DNA from: a bacterium
Lineage (GTDB): Bacteria > ARS69
Assembly: GCA_046330135.1 (NCBI GenBank)
Contig: JAXLTI010000008.1
Location: 10,302 to 74,301, forward strand
DNA: 64,000 bases
Direction of reading: 5' to 3'
Shown here one piece after another: positions 1-9,200 of the stretch (its first letter is position 1; every line of letters begins with the position of its first letter). The position numbers and the translations under genes were made by a program. The notes below the pieces were generated by a model, which saw only the letters and a program-made list of their open reading frames with translations, was not told the DNA's origin and searched no databases.

Positions 1-427
1 CAACGGCTGGTACGTGTGCGGGGACCGCGCCAGTCTGGATGCGGACGGCTACTTCTGGTTCACCGGCCGCGACGACGACGTCATCAATACCGGCGGGCAC
101 CTCGTGGGGCCCTTCGAGATCGAGAGCGCGCTGCTCGAGCACGAGGCCGTCGCGGAGTCCGCCGCCATCGGCAAGCCCGATCCCATGAACATGGAGGTCG
201 TGAAGGCGTTCGTGGCGCTGAAGCCCGGCTTCGGCGCGTCGTCGGATCTCGAGCTGTCCATCATGAACTTCATCCGCAAGAAGCTCTCCCCGCTCGCGAT
301 GCCGCAGGAGATCGAGTTCGTGGACCATCTCCCCAAGACGCGCAGCGGGAAGATCATGCGGCGCCTGCTCAAGGCCAAGGAATGGGGCCAGGAAGTGGGC
401 GACGTGAGCACGCTGGAGGATGCGTAG
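1..427 (+). CDS. AMP-dependent synthetase/ligase (acyl-CoA or acyl-ACP synthetase), C-terminal fragment; 5' end lies outside the window
   Basis: Frame-2 ORF runs from the window edge to TAG at 425-427. The translation ...[38 protein letters not shown]...[14 protein letters not shown] is the C-terminal subdomain of adenylate-forming enzymes, including the conserved C-terminal Lys. GC3 is high. Confidence 0.8.
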   Translation, partial: NGWYVCGDRASLDADGYFWFTGRDDDVINTGGHLVGPFEIESALLEHEAVAESAAIGKPDPMNMEVVKAFVALKPGFGASSDLELSIMNFIRKKLSPLAMPQEIEFVDHLPKTRSGKIMRRLLKAKEWGQEVGDVSTLEDA

Positions 428-533
428 GGCGTAGCTTCCGAAGCCCGATCGGCTTCGGCGATGGAGCCCACCCGGCCACGCGCTGCGCGGATGCGCACCG
501 GCGAGCGCCGGGTCCCGGAACGAGGAGCGTGTC

Positions 534-779
534 GTGAAGGACGTGATCCTGGACTACATCCGCAAGGAGTACCTGGACGAGGACGAGGACTTCGAGCTGG
601 ACGAGCACACGCCCCTCATCTCGGGCGGCATCGTGGACAGCTTCAGCATGGTGAGCCTGCTGCGGTTTCTCGAGAGGAAGTACTCGGTCTCCATTCCGGA
701 CGAGGAGGCCACCCCGGAGGCTTTCGACACGGTGGTGAGCATCATCGAGCTCGTGAAGCGCCACCAGAAGGGCAAGTGA
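534..779 (+). CDS. acyl carrier protein (specialised ACP, 81 aa)
   Basis: GTG start preceded by GAGGAG. The acidic protein MKDVILDYIRKEYLDEDEDFELDEHTPLISGGIVDSFSMVSL... has a DSF(S) phosphopantetheine-attachment-like motif. Its stop TGA overlaps the next ATG (TGATG). Confidence 0.75.
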   Translation: MKDVILDYIRKEYLDEDEDFELDEHTPLISGGIVDSFSMVSLLRFLERKYSVSIPDEEATPEAFDTVVSIIELVKRHQKGK

Positions 780-2026
780 TGTCGTACCCCGCCTCGGTGA
801 GGGAAGGCTACCTGACGGAGCTCGGCTCCATCCGCGAGAAGGGCATCTTCAAGGAAGAACGGTTCATCCATTCGCCGCAAGCGGCCGGGATCCGCGTGGA
901 GTTCCCCTCCGGCGCCGCGCTGCAGGACGTGGTGAACCTGTGCTCGAACAACTACCTCGGTCTCTCCAGCCACCCCGACGTGGTCGCGGCCGCCCACCGC
1001 GGCCTCGACGAGCGCGGCTACGGGATGTCCTCGGTCCGCTTCATCTGCGGCACGCAGGACATCCACCGCACGCTGGAGCGCAAGCTGACCGAGTTCCTCG
1101 GGACCGAGGACACCATCCTCTTCCCGAGCTGCATGGACGCGAACGCCGGCGTGTTCGAGGCGATTCTCGGACCCGAGGACATCATCATCTCCGATCGCCT
1201 CGTGCACGCGAGCATCGTGGACGGCATCCGCCTGTGCAAGGCGGAGCGGGACACGTACAAGCACGCGGACGCGGCGCACCTCGAAGAGAAGCTCGTGGAG
1301 CACGCGGGCAAGCGCGTGAAGATGATCGTGACGGACGGCAACTTCAGCATGGACGGGGACCTCGCCCCGCTGAAGGACATCTGCGACCTCGCCGACAAGC
1401 ACGGCGCGCTCGTCTTCGTGGACGACAGCCACGCCACCGGCTTCATCGGCAAGACGGGCCGCGGCACCCACGAGCACCACGGCTGCGTCGGCCGCATCGA
1501 CGTCATCACCACGACGCTCGGCAAGGCGCTGGGCGGCGCGAGCGGCGGCTGCGTGTCGGGCCGTAAGGAGATCGTGGACCTCTGCCGGCAGAAGGCGCGC
1601 CCCTACCTCTTCAGTAACGCGGTCCCGCCGCCGATCGCGTACGCGGCCGTGAAGGTCCTGGAGATCCTCGGCGCCACCACGGAGCGCCGCGACAAGCTCG
1701 AGCGCAACACCACGTTCTGGCGCAAGGCGCTCACGGACGCGGGTCTCGTGATCAAGGACGGCGAGAGCCCGATCGTCCCGGTGATGCTCTACAACGCGAA
1801 GCTCAGCCAGGACATGGCGCGGGACCTCTATCACGAGGGCATCTACGTGGTGGGCTTCTTCTTCCCCGTCGTGGCCGCGGGCCAGGCGCGGATCCGCACC
1901 CAGCTCTCCGCCGACCACGACATCCCGATGCTCCAGCGCGCCGCCGAGTCCTTCAAGAAGGTCGGCGCGAAGTACGGGATTCTCGGCCTCGACAAGAAGG
2001 GGATCCTCGAGAAGTACGGCGTGTGA
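779..2026 (+). CDS. alpha-oxoamine synthase family PLP enzyme (Kbl/glycine C-acetyltransferase-like; possibly acyl-ACP-dependent, SPT-like)
   Basis: ATG at 779 overlaps the ACP stop. The C-terminal ...[27 protein letters not shown]... closely matches the E. coli Kbl motif [27 protein letters not shown]. The PLP-Lys region [12 protein letters not shown] is present. The ORF-track start at 461 is an artefactual upstream extension. Confidence 0.8.
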   Translation: [415 protein letters not shown]

Positions 2027-2179
2027 CCGCCCGCCGTCGCGGCCGGCCCCGCCATCCGAACGAGCGCCTCGCGAACGAGACGCTCTCCGGCTTCCGGCGG
2101 GCCGGGCGGGATTCCCGTCCGGCGCGAAGGTCGAGCCCCCCGCACGAAGGGGCGCCGCCCACCCCGTGTCTCGAAGGTC

Positions 2180-2263
2180 TCAGGCGCGCAGCACGGTCTG
2201 GTTGTGGTTGGCGGACAGTTTGTTCAGCACGAGGTCCAGAATGGCGTTGAAGAGCGCGAGCAT
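2180..2263 (-). CDS. hypothetical 27-aa peptide (MLALFNAILDLVLNKLSANHNQTVLRA)
   Basis: ATG is preceded by a strong SD (cgAAGGAGAct, 4-5 nt spacer). GC3 is high for most codons. There is no recognisable family. It lies in the 440-bp spacer between the lipid module and sigma-1. Confidence 0.25.
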   Translation of the reverse strand: MLALFNAILDLVLNKLSANHNQTVLRA

Positions 2264-2465
2264 GGGAGTCTCCTTCGTTCCAGGGCTCGTCGGGATCCCG
2301 GGGGCCTCGGCCTTCTCGGAGGCCCCGGGGGCGGGCCGCATCGCACCGCTACCCCTCTTGCGCCGTAAGCGGCCCGGACATGACACCGGGCCGGAGGTCG
2401 CCCGCCCCTTTCGCCGCGTCCCCCGGGGGGTGACACCCCACCTCCCCAAGCCCTAGCATCGGGGC

Positions 2466-3056
2466 ATGTCGAGCGATCCCCCTGTCGGCGCTCCTCCGCC
2501 GTCGCCCGCCGAACCCCCCGACACCTTCTTCGCCCGGGTCTACGAGGAGCTCCGGACGATCGCCCACGCCCGGTTGCGGGGCGAGCTGGGCAACCCGTCC
2601 CTGCAGACCACTGAGCTCGTGCACGAGGCGTTCCTCCGGCTGCGCGGGAGGGATGGAGACGCCTGGCCGGGTCGCGGCCAGTTCTTCGCCGCGGCGGCGC
2701 TGGCCATGCGCCGCATCCTCATCGAGCGGGCACGCGCCCGGAGCCGCGTCAAGCGCGGCGGCGACGCCGACGGCCGCGCGGCCGCCCGAGTGCCTCTGGA
2801 TCTGGAAGAGGTGGTGGCTCTCGCCGACGACCGCGACCCCGAGGCGATCCTCGCCATGGACGAGGCCATCGATCGCCTGGCCGAGAAGGACGACCGCGCC
2901 GCGCAAGTCGTGCGGCTCCGCTTCTACGGCGGGTTGGACGTGGAAGAGACGGCCGAGGCGCTGGGGACTTCCACGCGCACGGTGCTGCGCGACTGGGCGT
3001 TCGCGCGCGCGTGGCTCCACGTGGAGCTGACGGGCGGCGAGTCCGCGTCGGCCTGA
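2466..3056 (+). CDS. ECF-type RNA polymerase sigma-70 factor (kinase-associated ECF group)
   Basis: Region-2-like TTELVHEAFLRL and region-4-like RLRFYGGLDVEETAEALGTSTRTVLRDWAFARAWL. Paralog of the sigma at 10782. It is convergent with the TPR-kinase, with tails 2 bp apart. Confidence 0.8.
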   Translation: MSSDPPVGAPPPSPAEPPDTFFARVYEELRTIAHARLRGELGNPSLQTTELVHEAFLRLRGRDGDAWPGRGQFFAAAALAMRRILIERARARSRVKRGGDADGRAAARVPLDLEEVVALADDRDPEAILAMDEAIDRLAEKDDRAAQVVRLRFYGGLDVEETAEALGTSTRTVLRDWAFARAWLHVELTGGESASA

Positions 3057-3058
3057 CG

Positions 3059-5920
3059 CTACCGCGCGGCGGCCAGCGGGTAGTCCGCGCGGGCACGAAG
3101 GGGCGTGAGCTCCGCGTACTTCGCGACATCCGCCGGAGTGGCGCCGTGGCTGGCCGCCTCGGCAAGCTGCTTCACGGCGCCCTCCGTGTCGCCGGCCCGG
3201 GCGCGCACCGCCGCCCAGACGAGATGCGGGTTGCCGAGATCGGGATCGTCCGTCCCTGCGGTTCGCAGCGGCATTCCGACCCGCATCATGGCCTCCGCCT
3301 CCGGATGACGTCCCTGCATGGACCGCAAGTACGCGTGCTCGACGAGACATGCCCCGAGGTACATTCGCAGCGCCGCCTTGGTAGAGTCCATGCCCGCCTC
3401 TGCGCGCACGTAGAAGCTGTCCGCGCGCTGGGTGCGGCCTTGGTCGCGGCAGAGCGTGGCGTAGTCCATGGCCGCCAACGGGGCGAACACGCTGGTGGCC
3501 CTCACGCTGTCGAACACGGCGAAGGCCGCCCGGAACGTGGAGTCCGCTTGCCGCGGCCGCTTGGCCCACGCGTAGGTGCGCGCGAGATTCGCCATGGCTT
3601 CGCCGGTCCGCTCGTGCGCAAGACCCAAGCCCTTCTTACCCACGTCGCAAGCTTCCTGGCTGCGCGCAATGGCCAGATCCGGTTTGTCGGCGGTCCGGTA
3701 GAGCGCGCCGAGGGAGGTCAGGTCGCAAGTGAGGGATAGCGGATCTCCGATCGCTCTCCGGATGCGCACCGCCTCCTCTCGCGCCGTGATGGCTTCTTCG
3801 TAGCGCTTGCGGATCTCGAAAGCGTCGGCCTGACCCCCGAGCGCATCCGCGAGGTTCGGATGAGCCCCGGGATAGACGCTTCTCGCGAGGCGCAGGGCCT
3901 GATCCGCGTGGAGCTGCGTGTTCTGCGCGTCGCCCAGCGCCCGATGCACGTTCGCCAGGCGCCGATGAGCGTAGATGGCCCATCCGGTCAGGTCCGACCC
4001 CTCCGCCAGCTGGAGAGTGCGCGAGTACAAGCGCGCCGCTTCCCGGAGGTCGAACCGTTGGTGCGCGATCGTTGCCCGCGTGGAGTAGATCCGCAGAAGG
4101 GCCGTCGTGTCGGGGACCGCCTCCGCCTCCGCGAGTCGAAGGGCGCGTGTGAGGATCGAGTCCGCCTTCGCGAGCTCGCCGCGGTCGTCCCACCAGCTCC
4201 CTTTCCGGTAGAAGCATCTGGCCAGCAGGCGAGTGTCCGGCTTGGCAGAGCGCTGGAGGACGGCGATGGCGCGGTCCAGAACGACCGCCACGCTGTCGGA
4301 CCCCTGCGCGTCCAAGGCCTGGGCCAGGTTGTAGAGCTGACGCGCGGTCTCCGCTCCGGGGCGCGGCTCGGCCCGCTCCGTCGCGGCCAGCGCCTCGCGC
4401 GCGAGGCGGATCGACTCGTCGAAGCGACCGAGATTCTGATACGACTCCGACATCGCCGCCAGGAGGCGCGCCTGCACGAAGGGATCTTCGATCGTTCGGG
4501 ACTCGATGCGCCGGGTGCCCTCGTCCAAGAGGGTGCGCGCGGTCAGGTCCTTGCCCTTCGCCACGTCGGGATTCGAGGCGCCGAAGAGTCCCACCAGGAA
4601 GTCGGCCACCTGCTTCGACGACGTTGCTTCTCGCTCCGCCGTCCGTTCCGCGCGGACCGCGCGGCGGAGTCCCATGACGGTGGCCACTCCGCCGGCGACG
4701 ACCGCCAGCAGCACGAGTGCCGTGGCGGTGGTCATGACGCGGTGCTTGCGCACGAACTTCCGCAGGCGGTAGGCGGAGCCGGGCGCGGCGGCCAGCACCG
4801 GCTCGTCCGCGAGGTAACGCCGAACGTCGGCCGCCAGCTCCGCCGCGGACCCGTAGCGTCGCTCCGGGTCCTTCTCCAGCGCACGCCCCGCGATCCACTC
4901 CAGCTCGCCGCGCAGGTCTCGGAGCAGAACCCGCGCCTCGCACGAGCGGGCGGCCGCGACGGCGCCGAGAGTCTCCGCGGAGCGAGACAGCCGCGTGGCG
5001 AGCGGAGGAGGATCTTCCTCCCGAACCACCCGCAGCGCTTCGGAGAGCGGGCTCTCCGCGAGCCGGTCGGAGTCGAACGGCAAGACGCCCGTGAGCAGCT
5101 CGTAGAGCAGGACCCCGAGCGAGTACACGTCCGAGCGCGTGTCCACGGCGCCCGCCACGGCGCCCGACTGCTCCGGGCTCATGTAGCCGAGCGTTCCCAC
5201 GATCATGCCTTCGCGCGTGACGAGCGTTTCGCCGCGTCCGGGCGTCGTGGCCTTCACGACGCCGAAGTCGATGACCTTCGGTGAAGGCGCGCCGTCGCGT
5301 CGCGTGACGATCACGTTCGACGGCTTGAGGTCGCGGTGGATCACTCCCTTCTGGTGCGCGTGCTGCACGGCGTCGCAGACCGCAGCGAAGAGCGCCAGGC
5401 GTTCGCGGATGCGGAGGCGCTCCGCGTCGCAGAACTTGGTGATGGGCGAGCCGGGCACGTACTCCATCACGAAGTACGGGCGGCCGGTCTCGGTGGCGCC
5501 GGCCTCGAACACCTGCGCGATCCCGGGGTGCTCCATGAGCGCCAGCGCCTGACGCTCCACTTCGAATCGCGCCACGATCTGCGCCGTATCCATCCCCGGC
5601 TTGATGAGCTTCAGCGCCACGCGGCGGTGGATGGGCTTCTGCTGCTCCGCGAGCCATACGACGCCGAAGCCGCCTTCGCCGAGGATCTCGAGCAGGTGGT
5701 AGGCGCCGATGGTCCCGGCGGCGGGGGCGGAGGGGGCGGTGTCGCGCGGCGCGAGGAAGCGGTCGGCGGTTCCTTCGGAAGCGAGGAGCCGCTCGACGTC
5801 GGCGCGCAGCCTCGGGTCCTCGGCAGTCTCGCGGTCGAGCAACGCGCTCCGCTCGGCGGCGGGGAGATCGCGGGCGCGATCGAAGAGGTCGCGAAGGCGG
5901 TGCCAGCGCTCGTCGGTCAT
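3059..5920 (-). CDS. Ser/Thr protein kinase (Hanks-type) with a TM segment and C-terminal TPR repeats
   Basis: Kinase motifs GEGGFGVVWLA, VALKLIKP, HRDLKPSNV, DFG, SPEQ. A hydrophobic TM segment follows at about residue 400, then TPR-like repeats. The start is chosen at MTDERWHRLRDLF (5920) by analogy with the paralog. The ORF-track start at 6037 is probably an extension. Confidence 0.8.
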   Translation of the reverse strand: MTDERWHRLRDLFDRARDLPAAERSALLDRETAEDPRLRADVERLLASEGTADRFLAPRDTAPSAPAAGTIGAYHLLEILGEGGFGVVWLAEQQKPIHRRVALKLIKPGMDTAQIVARFEVERQALALMEHPGIAQVFEAGATETGRPYFVMEYVPGSPITKFCDAERLRIRERLALFAAVCDAVQHAHQKGVIHRDLKPSNVIVTRRDGAPSPKVIDFGVVKATTPGRGETLVTREGMIVGTLGYMSPEQSGAVAGAVDTRSDVYSLGVLLYELLTGVLPFDSDRLAESPLSEALRVVREEDPPPLATRLSRSAETLGAVAAARSCEARVLLRDLRGELEWIAGRALEKDPERRYGSAAELAADVRRYLADEPVLAAAPGSAYRLRKFVRKHRVMTTATALVLLAVVAGGVATVMGLRRAVRAERTAEREATSSKQVADFLVGLFGASNPDVAKGKDLTARTLLDEGTRRIESRTIEDPFVQARLLAAMSESYQNLGRFDESIRLAREALAATERAEPRPGAETARQLYNLAQALDAQGSDSVAVVLDRAIAVLQRSAKPDTRLLARCFYRKGSWWDDRGELAKADSILTRALRLAEAEAVPDTTALLRIYSTRATIAHQRFDLREAARLYSRTLQLAEGSDLTGWAIYAHRRLANVHRALGDAQNTQLHADQALRLARSVYPGAHPNLADALGGQADAFEIRKRYEEAITAREEAVRIRRAIGDPLSLTCDLTSLGALYRTADKPDLAIARSQEACDVGKKGLGLAHERTGEAMANLARTYAWAKRPRQADSTFRAAFAVFDSVRATSVFAPLAAMDYATLCRDQGRTQRADSFYVRAEAGMDSTKAALRMYLGACLVEHAYLRSMQGRHPEAEAMMRVGMPLRTAGTDDPDLGNPHLVWAAVRARAGDTEGAVKQLAEAASHGATPADVAKYAELTPLRARADYPLAAAR

Positions 5921-6064
5921 CGCCCGCGAGTCTACCGGATATCGCGCCGCCCGGGCGCGGTGCGTGGTGGTGCTTCTCGATGGATCGCCCGGGTTCCCGC
6001 CCTCGAAGTCCGCGCACATGACACGGATCGTCCGCAACCGGGGGGAGCGGGTCCCGCCGACGAA

Positions 6065-6092
6065 GAGGCCGGAACCACCAGGTCCCGGCCTC
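6065..6092. terminator. GC-rich hairpin (GAGGCCGG-N12-CCGGCCTC) in the spacer downstream of the FG-GAP gene
   Basis: Perfect 8-bp inverted repeat read directly from the sequence. There is no U-tract, as expected in a high-GC genome. Function unproven. Confidence 0.2.
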
Positions 6093-6224
6093 TTCCCACA
6101 ACCATCGCGCCATCACGATCTTCCGCGCCTCGCTGCAACCTCCGACCTGCCGCGAACTGACGCCCGGGGAGCCTGGTGCCGTCGGTGAGGCGCCCGGCCG
6201 TCGATCGCTTCCTGCGGACGCAGG

Positions 6225-9200
6225 CTACTTCAGCCGCACCACCCGACGCGTCTGCTGCTGCCCCGCCGCCTGTAGGCGCACGAAGTACACCCCACTCGCC
6301 ACCGACTTGCCCTCCGTGTCGCGACCGTCCCAGCTCATCCGGTAGGAACCAGGATCATGCGCGCCGTGCGCGAGCTCGCGCACCAGCCGGCCAGCGACGT
6401 CGAAGATCCGCACGCTCGCCTCGCCCGCCCTCGGCAGAGCGAACTCGATCACCGTGCTCCCGCGGAACGGGCTCGGCGACGGCGCCTTCAGGCCGAACGC
6501 CAGCGCTCCGACTTCCGGCGCCCCCACTCCCGCTTGCGGTTCCACGATCACGAACGGCGACAGCGATGTGCTTTGCCCGCAAACGATGTTCGCGTTCGTG
6601 TCCAGGGACGACGTGACGTCCACCCACGAGCCCGAAGCGAAGTGGTACATCTTCAGGTTCGCCTCGCTCCCCACGACATCCGTGTCGTTGTAGTGCAGGC
6701 ATACCGTCACCTGCCCCGTGAAAGTCGCCGTCGTCGAGATGTCGTCGTACACCGGCGGAGAGACCGGAACGATCTGGAAGCCCGCCGGCGGCGGCGGACC
6801 TGCGCTCTCCACATTCACCGACGTGATCCCTTCCGAGGTCACCTGGTCGAAGGTCGCGGTCACCGCGGGACCCAGCGTGACCTGCACGTTCGTGCCGGTT
6901 CCCGTGTACGCCGAGTAGACGGACGGATTGTCCAAATGCCCCCGAAGGTCGGCCTCGGAGCCACCGTTTCCCGGCCACCCCCAGACCCAGCGCGAACGCG
7001 GGAAGAACGGCGAGTCGGTGATCACGCGTGCCCGCCAGTGGTACATGTCTCCCGGTGTCAGCCCGCTGACGAGCTGAGTCAACGAGACGGCACTTCCCGA
7101 GGGCCCCGGCGCCCCGGTGTCCGTGCGCGGACCGATCTGCAGGTTGTTCCCGTTGAAGGACGTTCCAAGTCGCTTCTTCTCGACGACCAGACGCACCCTT
7201 CCACGTCCTGCCGGCGTGCGACCGAGCACCTTCGCGCGGAACGCGACCTCCGAGTCCGACTGGCCGAGCAACGCGATGGGAGCGGAGTCGTCGGTACGCA
7301 CCTGGCGGGGAGCGAGGTCGAGGCCGTCACCTCCGTTGCCGTAGTAGACGGCCGCTGTAGCCGGGGCCCCCCCGTAGTACCCGGTGTTCCCGACGATCAC
7401 GTCCGAGTACCCGTCCCCGTTCACGTCCCCCGCCACGCCGACGGCCTCGCCACCCTGAGTCCCGTCTGTCCATGCGGGGCTCGCCCCCAGCCCCGGACCC
7501 AGATACAGGTACGCGCTGCGCGCGCTACGGGTGCCGACGATGACGTCGGAGTATCCGTCTCCGTTCACGTCGCCTGCCGTGCCCACCGCGGTGCCGAAGC
7601 TCGCATTGGTTGGGCCGTCTACTGTCCATTGGGGATTCGTCGATGGACCCGACACGGAACCCATGTACACGCAGGCCCGCCCCGCGAAGTTGTTGCGGCC
7701 CGGGGCGCCGACGATGATGTCCGAGTACCCGCCCCCGTTCACGTCTCCTGCCGTACCCACGGAAGAGCCGAGGTTCGCATTGGGCTGATCGCCCATCGCC
7801 GTCCAGGCGGGCGACGCGGCGAGCCCCGTGGGCGACCCCAAATACACGTAGGCCTTCCCCTCCTGATGTGGGCCGTAGCCGGGGGCGCCCACGATGACGT
7901 CCGAGTACCCGTCCCCGTTCACATCACCCGCGGTGGCCGCGGACGCGCCGAATGCCGAGTCGTACTGGTCATCCTGTGCGGTCCATGCGGGGCTCGCCGC
8001 CAGCCCTGACGACGACCCCAAGTACACGTGTGCGCGTCCCGTTACGCCGAACAAAAGGTCACCCTTCGCGCCCACGACGACGTCGGCATACCCGTCCCCG
8101 TTCACGTCCCCCGCCGTGCCGACCGGGCCCCCGAACCAGGCGTGCTCCCGATCGCTCTCCGCCGTCCAGGCGGGACTCGCCGACAGACCCGACGAGGACC
8201 CCAGATACACGTACGCTCGTCCCTCATCGACCTGGCCGTCGTCGTACGAGTAGGCCCCAACGATGATGTCCGAGTACCCATCCCCGTTCACGTCCCCCGC
8301 GGTACCCGCGGAGACGCCGAATCCCGCTCCGGCTTGATCGCTCTCTGCCGTCCACGCGGGGCTCGCCGACAATCCGGACGAGGACCCCAGGTACAAGTAC
8401 GCTCGTCCTTCGTTTGCTTCGCCATCGTCGTAGTACATGGCGCCCACGATGACGTCCGAGTACCCGTCCCCGTTCACGTCGCCCGCTGTCCCCACGGAGA
8501 CTCCGAAGTACGAATCGGGCTGATCGCTCGCCACCGTCCATCCCGGACTCGCGGCCAATCCCGACGCCGATCCGTGATACACGTAGACTCGCCCCGCGTC
8601 GCTCTGGGCGCCGTCGTACAGCGGAGCCCCGACGATGACGTCCGAGTACCCGTCCCCGTTCACATCCCCCGCCGTACCTGCGGAGGAGCCGAAGAACCCT
8701 ATGGCTTGATCACCCTCGGCGGTCCACGTGGGGCTGACCGCCAGCCCCGACGAGGAACCCAGATACACGTACGCCCGCCCCTGTTCGATCAGGCCGTCGT
8801 CGTATCCGTACGCCCCGATCACGACGTCCGCGAATCCGTCCCCGTTCACGTCTCCCGCCGTGCCCACGGAGCGGCCGAGTCCGGATCCGGATTGACCGGC
8901 GTCGGCCGTCCAGGAAGCGCTCCCGGCCAGTCCCGAAGCAGACCCCAGATACAGGTACGCCTGGCCCACCGTGTCGTCGCCCACGATGACGTCCGAGTAC
9001 CCGTCCCCGTTCACGTCCCCCGCCGTTCCCACGGAGACGGCGAAGTCCGATGCGACGAATTGGGCCTGGGCCGTCCAGGCGGGGCTCCCGGCCAGCCCGG
9101 AGGCGGAACCCAGATACACGTACGCCTGCCCGTGTCTAGTGAGGCCCAGGTCGTAGAGCGGGGCTCCGACGATGACATCCGAGTACCCGTCCCCGTTCAC

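Noticed and set aside
461-778. N-terminal 106-codon extension of the ORF-track ORF 461..2026
   Set aside because: It overlaps the ACP gene in another frame. The AOS homology begins at the ATG at 779, which is coupled to the ACP stop.
554-1918. 454-aa minus-strand ORF antisense to the oxoamine synthase
   Set aside because: Arg/Ala/Gly-rich low-complexity translation typical of antisense frames in 70% GC DNA. No motifs. The sense strand has a clear homolog.
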